The notes beneath the pieces were generated by a model. It ran no database searches, was not told the DNA's origin, and saw only the letters and a program-made list of their open reading frames with translations. Position numbers and translations under genes: made by a program. From the IMG/VR virus record IMGVR_UViG_3300042887_005053, positions 140,337 through 204,336 of that record: a stretch of 64,000 nucleotides of DNA; one strand, written 5' to 3'. Numbering within the stretch: the first letter of the stretch is position 1; the number at the start of each line of letters is the position of its first letter. Shown piece after piece: positions 29,001 to 38,780 of the stretch.

Positions 29001-32000
29001 TCGCTATATTACCAACTGGGTTACCACTTTCGTGTCCAATAAATATGTTAGAACTACCGTTACTATACATGTTTGAACTATTTCCAATCGTAACATTGAA
29101 ACTTCCTTGAGTACCACCAAAAGAAGAGTTATACCCTATTGCAAAGTTTTGTATACCTGTTCTGTTTTGATTAAGTGCTTGATAACCAATTGCTGTATTT
29201 TGTGAGGTCGCCACTGGATTATTAAATTGTAAAGCTGCATATCCAATTGCAACATTACCCAAGGTTGTTGACGAATTACCAGCATTGTTAGCTGAATGAC
29301 CAATTACAACATTTTGTCTACCAGTCGTATTTTGTTGTAGTGCTCCGTAACCAATTGCTACGTTATATTCCTCCGGATTTGCCGATCCACTAAATCTTTG
29401 ATTTTGAAGTGCGAAATCTCCGATAGCTATATTAAATCGACTCGCGGTTGAAAGTTGAAGTGCTCTGTATCCAATAGCGATATTATTTCCACCAAGTGAT
29501 GCTGTAGAAGTAAGATTCCTCCAAACACTATTCATGTTTAGCATCGATTCTCTACCTATTGCAATATTCTTTCCAAGTTGCCAGGTATCATTAAGACCAG
29601 CATCGACACCAATTGAAACACTATCGTTCTCTGATACAAAATGTCTCTTCCCATCACCACTTGAAATCATAACCATTCCAGTCAGTGGGTTACCGACCGC
29701 GCCTCCCTGATCGCCTGGTGACACACCAAATGCATTAGGTATTGCTAGGATACTACTGGCTGTGTTTACTAAGTATGTTCTAAGATCTTGGTTTCCGCCT
29801 ATTATCGTGTTATTATTTGACTGTGAGGCTGGTAGTATATTGATGCCCAAAAAGGTATTATTCGAAATATTGTAAAGGCCGTTAAAGTTTAACCCTATAC
29901 CAGCAGATCCAGATATGATTAAGTTTTTGTCAGATCTTATACCAAAGTTCTGAACATTGAAACCTATACCGATGTTGTCGTTTCCAGATGTCAATCCAGC
30001 TATAGACCCATACCCAATACCAATGTTTCTACTTCCAAATTTCAAACTATTCATAGATTGACCACCAATCGAGGTGTTAAAACTACCGGTAGCATTATTA
30101 AAAAGTGAGTTATAACCAAGTGCCAAATTGTATACACCTCCGTCATTGTAAGCAGCTGCTTGGAATCCTATTGCGACATTAAAGGAATTACTACCAGCTC
30201 CAAGTGCGTTGTAACCTACTGCAACATTACCGAAGCCATTTGTGTTGGTGTATAATGCTCCGTAGCCTATACCTACATTATAGTACCCAATTGTTTGGTT
30301 ATATAAAGCATAATTACCGATTGCGACATTCTGCCCAAGTGGATTTCTGTTATTATAGAGAGAATTCCAACCTATTGATAAGTTATCACTACTTGAAGTT
30401 CCTACTCTTTGAGAGTCAAGTCCAATAGATATATTCCTGTTACCAAGAGTGTTAGATCTTTGGGAAAAATTACCGATTGCTATATTATTATCAGCGGCTG
30501 TCGCTGAAAGTAGTGAAGAATTACCTATGGCAATACTATTAGAACCAATAGTCAAACTACTTAGCGCATTATTACCAATTGCAATATTATCGGGTGTTGA
30601 GCTTGTTCTAAGTGAATTTACCCCTATTCCTATATTATTATCTGGGTTACCAGATGATAAACTATTATAACCGATTGCAATACTTTGACTACCGGTCAAA
30701 TTAGATCTTAGTGTATTATTACCTATACCAATATTTGTGGGTGATAAAGTATCCTTTAGTGATTCAAATCCAATTGCAACATTATTGAATGAAAATGTCA
30801 TGCCATTTTCGAGAGCTTTCCATCCAATACCTATACTTTGTGTAGCTGCTGTGTTTTTCCAAAGAGTGTGATATCCAATACCAATGTTATACTTACTTGT
30901 GGAATCTTTTAATGATTCATATCCTATCGCTACATTTCCTTCACTTGTACTTGTATAATTCAAGAGAGCTTTGTGTCCAATACCAATGTTATATGTTCCA
31001 CTATTATTATTTCCACCCAAGGCGGTATATCCTAAAGCTAAATTACCGTTTACTTCATCAAATAAATAAGATCCATTAATTTGAAAAACTCGACTCGAAA
31101 GAGGAAAAGTGAAGTTATCGAAGAATACATCACCTTTAACTCTAAGAGTATTAGAATCAAATTTATAGTTTGGTGATGAATTAGTATATCCAATTAATAT
31201 TGAACCAGATACTCCTTGATAAATTACACTAGCTGTTAGTGTTGATACTCCTTCAAATAGTGCAACAAAACTTGGTGTTCCAAAGGCTGTAGCATTTCCT
31301 ATAGCACTAAATGTAGTCCAATTACCATATCCGTTTGAATCAGATATTAAAAATTTACCAGATCCTTGATTGCCATCATTCAACCTGAATGAGTAAGTAT
31401 CGCCCGAAATGAACAACTTAGCTGAGTTAGATGTTGTTCCTACTGATATATTACCACTGTTAAAGACAATAAGACTTGGATTACCATTTGAGTAAATATC
31501 TAAGTCAGCAGCGTAAGATCCACTATATGTTGAAGTAATATTGCTATTTATTCTTAGTGAACTAATTGTTTGTGTTTCACCGATTGAAACCAAATTTGTG
31601 GTTAAATTAAGTCCAAATTGTGTATTGGATGATGTTGATACTACAGCAGTTGGGTTAATCAGAACTTTAGAAGTATTTGAAGATTGAGTAAAAATACCTA
31701 GTATTTCTTCGTTTGACTGTGTGATGAATCCAAAGTCCAAATAAATTGAATCATCTATTGTAGAATTTATTTTAACATTAGGATCTAATTTAATTGAATT
31801 AGTTCTTGGACTAATCTGTATACCATTTGTTAAACCAATTATTGCATTTTGTGATAAAGTGAACGATGAAACATCTTGATTACTTGTAATCAAAACTAAA
31901 TCACTATAATTACCTGAGTATGTAGATGTGATCTCGATTTTACTCTGTGGGTTATAATTTGAAATTATCAAATTACCGTCAGAAGTAAATCTATATGAAT

Positions 32001-32661
32001 TAGAAAAAGTTTCTCCAATCACATCACCACTTTGCAAAAATAGAATATTTTCCGATTGTGTTAAAGACGAATGTATAAATAATTTACCAAGAGTGCTGTT
32101 TGTACCAATTGAGATGTCGCCATTTGCACTTATGTTAAATAAGTAAGGGTTACTTTGTGTTCCAAAACTTAATTCATCTAGGTTGAATAGAAATCTAGTT
32201 CTTTCGTTATTTAAATCACCTTCGAAAGTGAGTGGATATAAATTATAGTCGTTACTAAAAGTCTCACCGAATCCGATTATTCCTTTTGAAACAATTGCAG
32301 AATGACTAGTTGCGCTAATGATTCTTATTAAATGGTCTGATGTTCCTATTTTCAGAGTGCCGAATGAAGATTGTGAGTCTGTGCCTCCTATGACAACTGA
32401 GTCAATATTTGAAGATGTTTGAAAGTCGTTAAAGTAAGTTGTTTGAGAACCACTTATTAAAAAAATATTACCACCATCAGTACTGACCCTAATACCATAC
32501 TTATCTGAATCATTTTTGATATAAAGGTTATCAGATTGTGAGTAAATAGGTTCTCCAATTGATAGATTTTTATATATGTAAGTATATCCACTTGTAACAC
32601 CAAGTGCTTGTGAATCAGATCCAGTTCCAGTTATGAAAAGACTATTGAGTACTTTTGTCAT
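26038..32661 (-). CDS. Very long tail fibre/adhesin with YadA/Hep-Hag-like repeats
   Basis: 2207 aa with dozens of 14-aa NxAIG repeats. C-terminal GILLPRLTTAQILAISSPADGLTVYNTD motif. Confidence 0.72.
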   Translation of the reverse strand: MTKVLNSLFITGTGSDSQALGVTSGYTYIYKNLSIGEPIYSQSDNLYIKNDSDKYGIRVSTDGGNIFLISGSQTTYFNDFQTSSNIDSVVIGGTDSQSSFGTLKIGTSDHLIRIISATSHSAIVSKGIIGFGETFSNDYNLYPLTFEGDLNNERTRFLFNLDELSFGTQSNPYLFNISANGDISIGTNSTLGKLFIHSSLTQSENILFLQSGDVIGETFSNSYRFTSDGNLIISNYNPQSKIEITSTYSGNYSDLVLITSNQDVSSFTLSQNAIIGLTNGIQISPRTNSIKLDPNVKINSTIDDSIYLDFGFITQSNEEILGIFTQSSNTSKVLINPTAVVSTSSNTQFGLNLTTNLVSIGETQTISSLRINSNITSTYSGSYAADLDIYSNGNPSLIVFNSGNISVGTTSNSAKLFISGDTYSFRLNDGNQGSGKFLISDSNGYGNWTTFSAIGNATAFGTPSFVALFEGVSTLTASVIYQGVSGSILIGYTNSSPNYKFDSNTLRVKGDVFFDNFTFPLSSRVFQINGSYLFDEVNGNLALGYTALGGNNNSGTYNIGIGHKALLNYTSTSEGNVAIGYESLKDSTSKYNIGIGYHTLWKNTAATQSIGIGWKALENGMTFSFNNVAIGFESLKDTLSPTNIGIGNNTLRSNLTGSQSIAIGYNSLSSGNPDNNIGIGVNSLRTSSTPDNIAIGNNALSSLTIGSNSIAIGNSSLLSATAADNNIAIGNFSQRSNTLGNRNISIGLDSQRVGTSSSDNLSIGWNSLYNNRNPLGQNVAIGNYALYNQTIGYYNVGIGYGALYTNTNGFGNVAVGYNALGAGSNSFNVAIGFQAAAYNDGGVYNLALGYNSLFNNATGSFNTSIGGQSMNSLKFGSRNIGIGYGSIAGLTSGNDNIGIGFNVQNFGIRSDKNLIISGSAGIGLNFNGLYNISNNTFLGINILPASQSNNNTIIGGNQDLRTYLVNTASSILAIPNAFGVSPGDQGGAVGNPLTGMVMISSGDGKRHFVSENDSVSIGVDAGLNDTWQLGKNIAIGRESMLNMNSVWRNLTSTASLGGNNIAIGYRALQLSTASRFNIAIGDFALQNQRFSGSANPEEYNVAIGYGALQQNTTGRQNVVIGHSANNAGNSSTTLGNVAIGYAALQFNNPVATSQNTAIGYQALNQNRTGIQNFAIGYNSSFGGTQGSFNVTIGNSSNMYSNGSSNIFIGHESGNPVGNIATGSDSTNFLSNYNQNIGIGQWTHRYMGFYDSRWAGITPSSNNLAIGYRAFEGTTGSFWFGLTYTVSSSYNVAIGNFALQNNQGTTYSTIGWSKGDGVLTSYASFGERTRAKGFNTSIGYAAMQNNVTGFRNTAIGGEALSFGSHSTNNVAIGFRAGYNLGSIRNFDLNNLFGSVANNTSQANFNVAIGNFTLHTATMASRTIAIGHSALERYSGQDGHNVGIGWRSLQNLTTGINNTALGSNAGNGVQTTNGNVAIGLNTLNAGNPGSNNVAIGVQSQASNLSGANNITIGGNSGYFLRGSNNVSMGYESLFQSLSGSWNVAIGGYALGNATNSSFNVAIGGESQYYMGIPQLAVVAGTDTVDWATTSTVNFRRPPNENLSIGYKSMAMYSVVTASNIMPGLTQIHYPAFQVGVGNYTLQFNQGSQSTAVGYQAMANALNSSANVAIGYQAMQLGSYSINNVAIGWRAGYNLGSAPSRLSGTNSTGYAFNNIAIGGESQYYMGIPQLAVVAGTDTVDWATTSTVNFRRPPNENLSIGYRSMQMYSSVTASAIMPGLTQIHYPSFQVGVGNYTLQFNQGSQSVAVGYEAMSNALNSSANVAVGYQAMQLGSYSINNVAIGWRAGYNLGSAPSRLSGTNSTGYAFNNIAIGTSALQASTYSEDTIAIGTSALLRNTVGIRNIAIGSGALQENTIGIDNIAIGYQALRNNVDNTSNSNASFNVGIGRAALIANTTGYRNIAIGYFALSINRIGDNNLALGHNTMLLATGSYNVGVGAESLKSLGKGTRNTAIGFMAGASAGGAISSSISPDWTDTDNTYIGAISGAGLASGSFNTLIGGNIGIGVPVGMTFGSNNTYIGFGITTSANSNFNNTVIGARVNLPPGITNSIIIANGSGQQRINVNSQGYFGVGTQSPSAMLTVNKQTGDTNTTLVNFTSDSQGILLPRLTTAQILAISSPADGLTVYNTDQETLNFYRGTTATWSRVTYTSI
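27056..27987. repeat. 462-bp (154-aa) in-frame tandem duplication
   Basis: 27056-27525 matches 27518-27987 at offset 462. The flanks are near-identical and the mismatches cluster centrally. Confidence 0.95.
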
Positions 32662-32706
32662 TTAATATATTAAAGATTTTCTCTTCTATATATTAAAATG
32701 AGTTAC

Positions 32707-34404
32707 TCAACTTTGGTAATTTAGTACCCATTTTTTATTACCACCATTATAAATTTTAGGGAAGTTAAGTTCACTCATTATTTCTTCTTCTGTTTTATCT
32801 GGATCGAATCCCATTTTAACAAGTTTTTGTTTTCTCCAGTTGTATCTGTGACTTCTAATTCCATTAATCAAATACCAATATCCCGGTTTTGAAGTATGTT
32901 TATATTTGAATCCCAATTTTTGATACAGGTCTCCTGTTGATATTAGATTGTCAGAGTATGTTTCAATAGTAATTGGATTGTTTTTATTGATGAAGTAATT
33001 AATTAGTTTTGAAGCACCTCCAATTATATTGGTGTATCTCTTGTTACAAAATCTAGTAAGTTCCCAGAAATCCTTTTTGTTGACTCCGCCAAGTGGTACT
33101 CTTAGTCTTGAGAAAGTCATTAGACTAATTAATTCATTTTGATAAAATAATCCAATTCTAACTGATGACTTACAATCACCTTGTAAATGATTCTCATCTA
33201 AGAAATTTTTGGAATCATTGTAACTTACTTCTTTAATGATTGTTTTTCTTGCTCCTATACTATTAGACTTTTTTATTTTGTGTAGAATGAATGATTTGCA
33301 CAAATCTCTCTTAGTAACCCAATCATCCTCCCAGATTGTGTAAAGTTTGATTTTGTTCTCCTCAGATAGTTGACTTTTCTTCAAATGATAATTAATCTCC
33401 TTAAATTTATCAGAATGCCAGAAAACACCATTGAATTCAAATCCTATTTTTAATTCCGGTAAATATATGTCTATTTCAAAAGGTTTTATAGTTTGTTTAC
33501 AGTTTTCTATGATTTCACCATTATAATTTTCCTTTATGAAGTTATAAAGTTCGATTTGCCCAATTGAAGAACTTTGAGATATAGGAAAACAATTCGTGCA
33601 AATTGGCGTAGAGTTATTTATTCGAAAATAAAATTGATAAGGAAGTATGTCAAATTTTTTAAGACATTTTTTACAGTAGAAAATAAGATTTGTCGATATT
33701 TTCTTTTCAAAAGAAACAAATTCGTAATCAGATGATAAAGCATTTGATATTCTTTCTTTGTAATTCTTATAGAAGTGTTCAATTGTTTTATCATGAATAT
33801 TTTTGTTCATCCAAGGATGTTCAACTCCGTATTTTTCGATTGATGTATTCTTATATGACTCTTTGAAAGACTGAATGTTCAATTTGAAAGACTTGACTCT
33901 TTTATCTAGAATTTCTTTAGATTTTGATGGGTTATCAACTTTCCAATTTTTATGTAATGTTGTTTTTGATTTATCTTTAATTTCACTAGATGACATAGGT
34001 GAGTTACCACCATATTTTTTATTATTAGTTTCTTTGATTTTATTTTTTATTATGTCAGATTTACTGGGACTAGTAGTTCCATATTTTTCTAATGATTTAC
34101 TTTTCTTTAATTCAATTATGGATGGATCTGACGACATACACTTATTTGAGCAATACTTTAAAAATCCAATATTTGAATTTTTATATTTTACCTTTTTATC
34201 ACACGCAGGATGCTGACATTTTGGTATCTCTACTAAACTATTTAAACACAGATAAACTTTTTCCTTAAATGGTAATTCAACAATATTATATTTAGAGCAG
34301 TATTCAATAATGTATTCATACTCTTCTGGATAATTTTTAGACAAAAAAGATTCTTTTGAAAATCTACCAGATGGATCCGAGTCTGTGAATATTTCTAAAT
34401 TCAT
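32707..34404 (-). CDS. Hef-like homing endonuclease, paralogue of 23231..24793
   Basis: KYG repeats, EIDIYLPELKIGFEFNGVFWHS, and FLDENHLQG...WELTRFC...GGASKLI. Confidence 0.7.
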   Translation of the reverse strand: MNLEIFTDSDPSGRFSKESFLSKNYPEEYEYIIEYCSKYNIVELPFKEKVYLCLNSLVEIPKCQHPACDKKVKYKNSNIGFLKYCSNKCMSSDPSIIELKKSKSLEKYGTTSPSKSDIIKNKIKETNNKKYGGNSPMSSSEIKDKSKTTLHKNWKVDNPSKSKEILDKRVKSFKLNIQSFKESYKNTSIEKYGVEHPWMNKNIHDKTIEHFYKNYKERISNALSSDYEFVSFEKKISTNLIFYCKKCLKKFDILPYQFYFRINNSTPICTNCFPISQSSSIGQIELYNFIKENYNGEIIENCKQTIKPFEIDIYLPELKIGFEFNGVFWHSDKFKEINYHLKKSQLSEENKIKLYTIWEDDWVTKRDLCKSFILHKIKKSNSIGARKTIIKEVSYNDSKNFLDENHLQGDCKSSVRIGLFYQNELISLMTFSRLRVPLGGVNKKDFWELTRFCNKRYTNIIGGASKLINYFINKNNPITIETYSDNLISTGDLYQKLGFKYKHTSKPGYWYLINGIRSHRYNWRKQKLVKMGFDPDKTEEEIMSELNFPKIYNGGNKKWVLNYQS

Positions 34405-34455
34405 AAAAACATATTAATTTAACATATATATTAAAGACACCTAATTATGTTTAAT

Positions 34456-34482
34456 AAAAAACCCTCAATAAATGAGGGTTTT
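34456..34482. terminator. Intrinsic terminator after tail sheath
   Basis: AAAACCCTCA-ataaa-TGAGGGTTTT. Confidence 0.8.
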
Positions 34483-34501
34483 AATATTATTTTAGTTGAA
34501 T

Positions 34502-37500
34502 TTATTGATTTATAAATCCACCTGCAGAAATTGCTCCTGTTCTGAGAATTGTGATGTTGTTTACAATAACTCCCATACCCTTAATAGGTTCAACATATGT
34601 GTCAAGAACACCAATTTGGTTATCTATTATAGTTGGTGTGTTATTTTCTTCATCACATTTGTTGAAGTAGTTATAAAGACCGTTCTTATTAACATACTTT
34701 TCACAGATTACATCAGCTCTTAGTTTTATTTCAGCTCTTATTTCAGCTGTATTAAACTTCCATTGGAATTCAAGTAACATTGCTGAAAGTTCTCTTTCTA
34801 ATTCAATCAAGACCTCTCTAACATGTAAGTAAGAAAGTGCTGATTTGTAAAGAGTTTGACCTGTATTTTCTGTTTCAATTACAAATCCTCTATTTCTCTT
34901 GAATACAATAGGATTCATTTGAGCTCCGTTCAAGTTTTCGATATCCTCAGGAGTATAATTCATTTCGATTCCTGCGATATTTGTAACTCTACCGTTAGTA
35001 ACACCCGCTGCAATTGTCCAAGGAACAATTGAAGTAACATTTGTATTCTGTTTTCTCATATATGTAGTAGCTACATACATTGCTGGTGGTACATCAGCTG
35101 GTCTACCGTTATCATTAACTGTGACATAAGGAAGAAAATAACCAACACAACTTGCACCCCTTCCGTCGCCGAATGAGTATAAGAATGCTGGACTAGATTC
35201 TAAGTCACCGCCTGTTGCAATAAAGGATGTTTGTAAGACTCCTTCGTTATTAACAAATGTAGGTGATGTAGAGTTCCTAAATGACTTCATTGAAGGCATA
35301 TTTATGAATCCTAAGCAATCTAATCTATCTCCACAAACATCAACCAATTGCTGTTTTGATCTCTCAGTTAAACCTAATCCAAATGCATCTACAACATATC
35401 TAAAGTCGATAGCTTCTTTATTTGTAAGTGCCTTGAACAATGGTGTTCCCTTTGCAATCAAGTTTAAAATAGTGCTTTGTCTTGTTTCAGTACCATCTGG
35501 CATTGAAGCTTCTCTTACTCTGAATCCTTTTAGTGGAATAGCCTTATAAGTAGAAACATAATCATCCATTGATGTATATCTAATTGTCTGATAATCTACC
35601 GAGTTACCATTTGTTACCGCGTATTTTTCGATAGCTGAATCACAAGTGATTTCAACTAAGGTTGTATCAGGTGCGTAAACTCTCTTACTGATAATTCTAG
35701 TTAGATTTCTTGTCATCTCACCTACATTTACTGGAACATTAGGATCTACATAAGCCTCTAAGAAATCACCAACTTTTACTTCAGTGTATCTTGAACCATT
35801 TACTAAGATCTTATTAACAATTGGAGTGTAACCAGCTGGTACTTCGATTTCAATAGTTTGTTTGTAATTTGACTTGTTAGTTATAACATTAAATATGTTA
35901 TTTTTTGTTACATCAATTGGTTCAGTTGATGTTAATAAAGAATCTACAAACTTAACAGTCAAATTGTTTGAACTATCTAAGTACATTTGTAAATAAACTT
36001 TAGTAGTAGCATCATAAACAAAAGGTGTAGAAGTGATATCCTCATCTACTACATTTGTAGTAACTCTATATGCTTCATACCCAGCTGTGTAATTACTGCC
36101 CGTTAGTGGGTCAACTAAAGTGTTATAATAGTTAGTATCTCCATCAAGAGTTATTGTACCAGTGTTTAGTGTAGAATCTGGAATGCTAATTTGTTCATTT
36201 CCTAAAACATTCCAACCATTAGTTTGACTGAAGACCACATAACTGTAAGTGCCTTCATTTTGAAAAACTACTCTGATAGGTGATTGTGGATAAGATGACT
36301 CAATTAGATTATCATAAAAATAGTCACCAGTATTAATTTGACCATTGTAGAAGTTGTTATATAAATCTGCAAACTTACCCACAACACCAGAAGCAGTTGG
36401 ACTTCCTTTGACTGTTGTGGTCGTTACTCCGTTTGGTCCTAAGACTAACTCATTATCAATTTTATAGAAAACTAAGTTACCAGCTAATATATCAGATGGA
36501 GTTGATGACAAACCTAAATCTAAATCAAAAGACTTGTTAGCAGTTGTTGATACGACAACATTACTAAGTGTCGCATTTGCTAGTGGGAATTTTTCTAAGG
36601 TAACTAAATCTTTCAACATAGTCATCTGAGATAGATTATTCTCTAACATACTAGAGAAGAAATTAAATAATCTAATCTTTCTGTGTTTCTCGTAATTGTT
36701 TGTTGTGTCTGTACCAGAAGTCCCTAAGAACTCTACTCTGATTTTACCTGCTGATAATTCAGTAACATCATAATCGACACCAAAGTCAAGTTCATTGAAA
36801 CCACCATCAACACCTCCGGATATAGTAAGTGAGTTTGTATTTACAGTAATACTTGCGGAACCAGCAAGAAGTGTGTTAGTAAATACATCACCGTTGTATA
36901 GTGCTCCTGAACCTGCATCAGGTGTTATTATAAATGATGTGGTAAGACCTAGTGTTGAAACTGTTGCTGAATAACCAGTTACGCTTGCCACAACAAAGTC
37001 TAAATAAACAGAGTTCAAGAATGTATCTAGTACATCTGAACTTGCTGTTGTTGAAAGAATCTGAGAACCATTAAGATTCAACACAAAGTTACTTTCTACC
37101 GGAATTCCAGATGAAGTACCTCCGAATAAGAAAGTAATTGGAGACGGATCTGTAAGTTCATTAACACCTATTTCAGTCACCGTTGGAGTGTTACCAACAG
37201 TCTGTAAAATCTGACCATTTGCAACTTGAAAGTCAATGTAAGTTAAAACAATGTCACTTGATGGTATTGTTGGGTTAATTCCATCAACGGTTCCATTAGT
37301 CAAAGTAATTTCTCCAGTTGAAGAATTAATATGTACCACTGAAGTGTAAGAAGCGGTTTGTGAACTAACTGTGTAGTTAGTTGCTAGAATAGAGTAAGTA
37401 AATGAACCAGCAGTCCCAGAATTCACTAACACTTTATTACCAGCAGTTACAATATAAGCCTCTGAAGCAGTTAATGAACCCAATGATGGATTTGTAAGAG

Positions 37501-38725
37501 TGTATCCAATTTGAAGTGATTGTGAACCACCAAGTGATTCTAAAGCTGTTTCATAAGTAACACCATTGATATATTCTTCTGAGAAATGTGCTGTTCTGTT
37601 AACTCCACCCCAAGTTGAACGAGCTAGTGAAACTGATGGACCCATTGCGACTAAGTTTTGTCCGTCTGATCCACCCGCTATGTCTAATGGCGTTGCTATG
37701 TAATCTAGGCTTTCAATGATTGATACATTATATGATAGGAAATCTATTTCAACTTGACCATTGTTAACAAGACCCTCAGAGACAACTAAGTTGTTACCTA
37801 TAAGGTCAACCATTCCAGTTGGGAAGTCTTTCTCAAACTTATCCATATCAAATGCACAAAATAGACCAGTTCTATCTGTATCATTATTTATGATTGTCTC
37901 AATAAATATATTTCTACCGTTTGAATCTCTGAAAAATGGAATCAAAGAAAGGCCTTCATAGTACTGTAACAAATTAACATTTCTATCATTTGCAAAATTT
38001 TGAACTTGATCTTTCATAAGACCTTGGCTAGTAAAATAGGCAGACCATTTGGTATCAACTGCTAATTGTTGGTAATTTGACCAATCACCACCAACTACTA
38101 AAACATCTACTAAATAGTCTGAAGCATAATCCAATTGGTTAACATAAGATGGAACTTTATCAGCTGAACCATACCACTCTAGTAATGTTCTGTTGAAACC
38201 ACTTAATCTTGACTTAAATACAAAAATTGTAATGTATTTATCTGACATATTAGTGAAAGACAACAATCTGTCTGCCGCTCCTAAGTCGTCACTTGTAAGA
38301 TTAATGAAAGAATCAGTATCTCTTTTCCAGAAACCAGTTGTGTCGAAAAATCTTCTATATGCACCCTCTCTTACAACATCATTTGTTTTATCAGTAGATG
38401 TTGATACTGACTTATATTCTATAAGGTCTAAAGTATCCGATGTAGATAATAGATTCATTGCGAATACTGGACTCGACTCTAGCATTTTGCTAACAGTTCT
38501 ATGAAAGAAAGAACCCTTTCTTTCTAAATTTCTGTCTAGTGGTCCAAATATACTTTCTAAATCCTGTGTAGTCTGTAAGAAAACAGGTGTATTAGCTGGT
38601 CCTTTTTTTGAGAAACCAACTACCAATGAGCTTACACCAGTTACGGTTGGGCTGACAATAACTGAATTATCAAATTCTTCTATGAAGATACCTGGTCTTT
38701 TATACTTACCAATTTGAATTGCCAT
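34502..38725 (-). CDS. gp18: Contractile tail sheath protein (T4 gp18-like) with large insertions
   Basis: N-terminal RPGIFIEEFDNS...VVGFSKKGPANTP and C-terminal ALSYLHVREVLIELE...CDEENNTPTIIDNQIGVLDTYVEP. Confidence 0.92.
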   Translation of the reverse strand: MAIQIGKYKRPGIFIEEFDNSVIVSPTVTGVSSLVVGFSKKGPANTPVFLQTTQDLESIFGPLDRNLERKGSFFHRTVSKMLESSPVFAMNLLSTSDTLDLIEYKSVSTSTDKTNDVVREGAYRRFFDTTGFWKRDTDSFINLTSDDLGAADRLLSFTNMSDKYITIFVFKSRLSGFNRTLLEWYGSADKVPSYVNQLDYASDYLVDVLVVGGDWSNYQQLAVDTKWSAYFTSQGLMKDQVQNFANDRNVNLLQYYEGLSLIPFFRDSNGRNIFIETIINNDTDRTGLFCAFDMDKFEKDFPTGMVDLIGNNLVVSEGLVNNGQVEIDFLSYNVSIIESLDYIATPLDIAGGSDGQNLVAMGPSVSLARSTWGGVNRTAHFSEEYINGVTYETALESLGGSQSLQIGYTLTNPSLGSLTASEAYIVTAGNKVLVNSGTAGSFTYSILATNYTVSSQTASYTSVVHINSSTGEITLTNGTVDGINPTIPSSDIVLTYIDFQVANGQILQTVGNTPTVTEIGVNELTDPSPITFLFGGTSSGIPVESNFVLNLNGSQILSTTASSDVLDTFLNSVYLDFVVASVTGYSATVSTLGLTTSFIITPDAGSGALYNGDVFTNTLLAGSASITVNTNSLTISGGVDGGFNELDFGVDYDVTELSAGKIRVEFLGTSGTDTTNNYEKHRKIRLFNFFSSMLENNLSQMTMLKDLVTLEKFPLANATLSNVVVSTTANKSFDLDLGLSSTPSDILAGNLVFYKIDNELVLGPNGVTTTTVKGSPTASGVVGKFADLYNNFYNGQINTGDYFYDNLIESSYPQSPIRVVFQNEGTYSYVVFSQTNGWNVLGNEQISIPDSTLNTGTITLDGDTNYYNTLVDPLTGSNYTAGYEAYRVTTNVVDEDITSTPFVYDATTKVYLQMYLDSSNNLTVKFVDSLLTSTEPIDVTKNNIFNVITNKSNYKQTIEIEVPAGYTPIVNKILVNGSRYTEVKVGDFLEAYVDPNVPVNVGEMTRNLTRIISKRVYAPDTTLVEITCDSAIEKYAVTNGNSVDYQTIRYTSMDDYVSTYKAIPLKGFRVREASMPDGTETRQSTILNLIAKGTPLFKALTNKEAIDFRYVVDAFGLGLTERSKQQLVDVCGDRLDCLGFINMPSMKSFRNSTSPTFVNNEGVLQTSFIATGGDLESSPAFLYSFGDGRGASCVGYFLPYVTVNDNGRPADVPPAMYVATTYMRKQNTNVTSIVPWTIAAGVTNGRVTNIAGIEMNYTPEDIENLNGAQMNPIVFKRNRGFVIETENTGQTLYKSALSYLHVREVLIELERELSAMLLEFQWKFNTAEIRAEIKLRADVICEKYVNKNGLYNYFNKCDEENNTPTIIDNQIGVLDTYVEPIKGMGVIVNNITILRTGAISAGGFINQ

Positions 38726-38780
38726 AATAGTTCATTAATTTTTATTTAATGTATATATAAAAAGAAAAAAATATATTTTT

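Noticed and set aside
26038-32661. Bacterial trimeric autotransporter or host chromosomal segment
   Set aside because: There is no signal peptide or C-terminal beta-barrel anchor. The gene is embedded among tail genes with a phage late motif.
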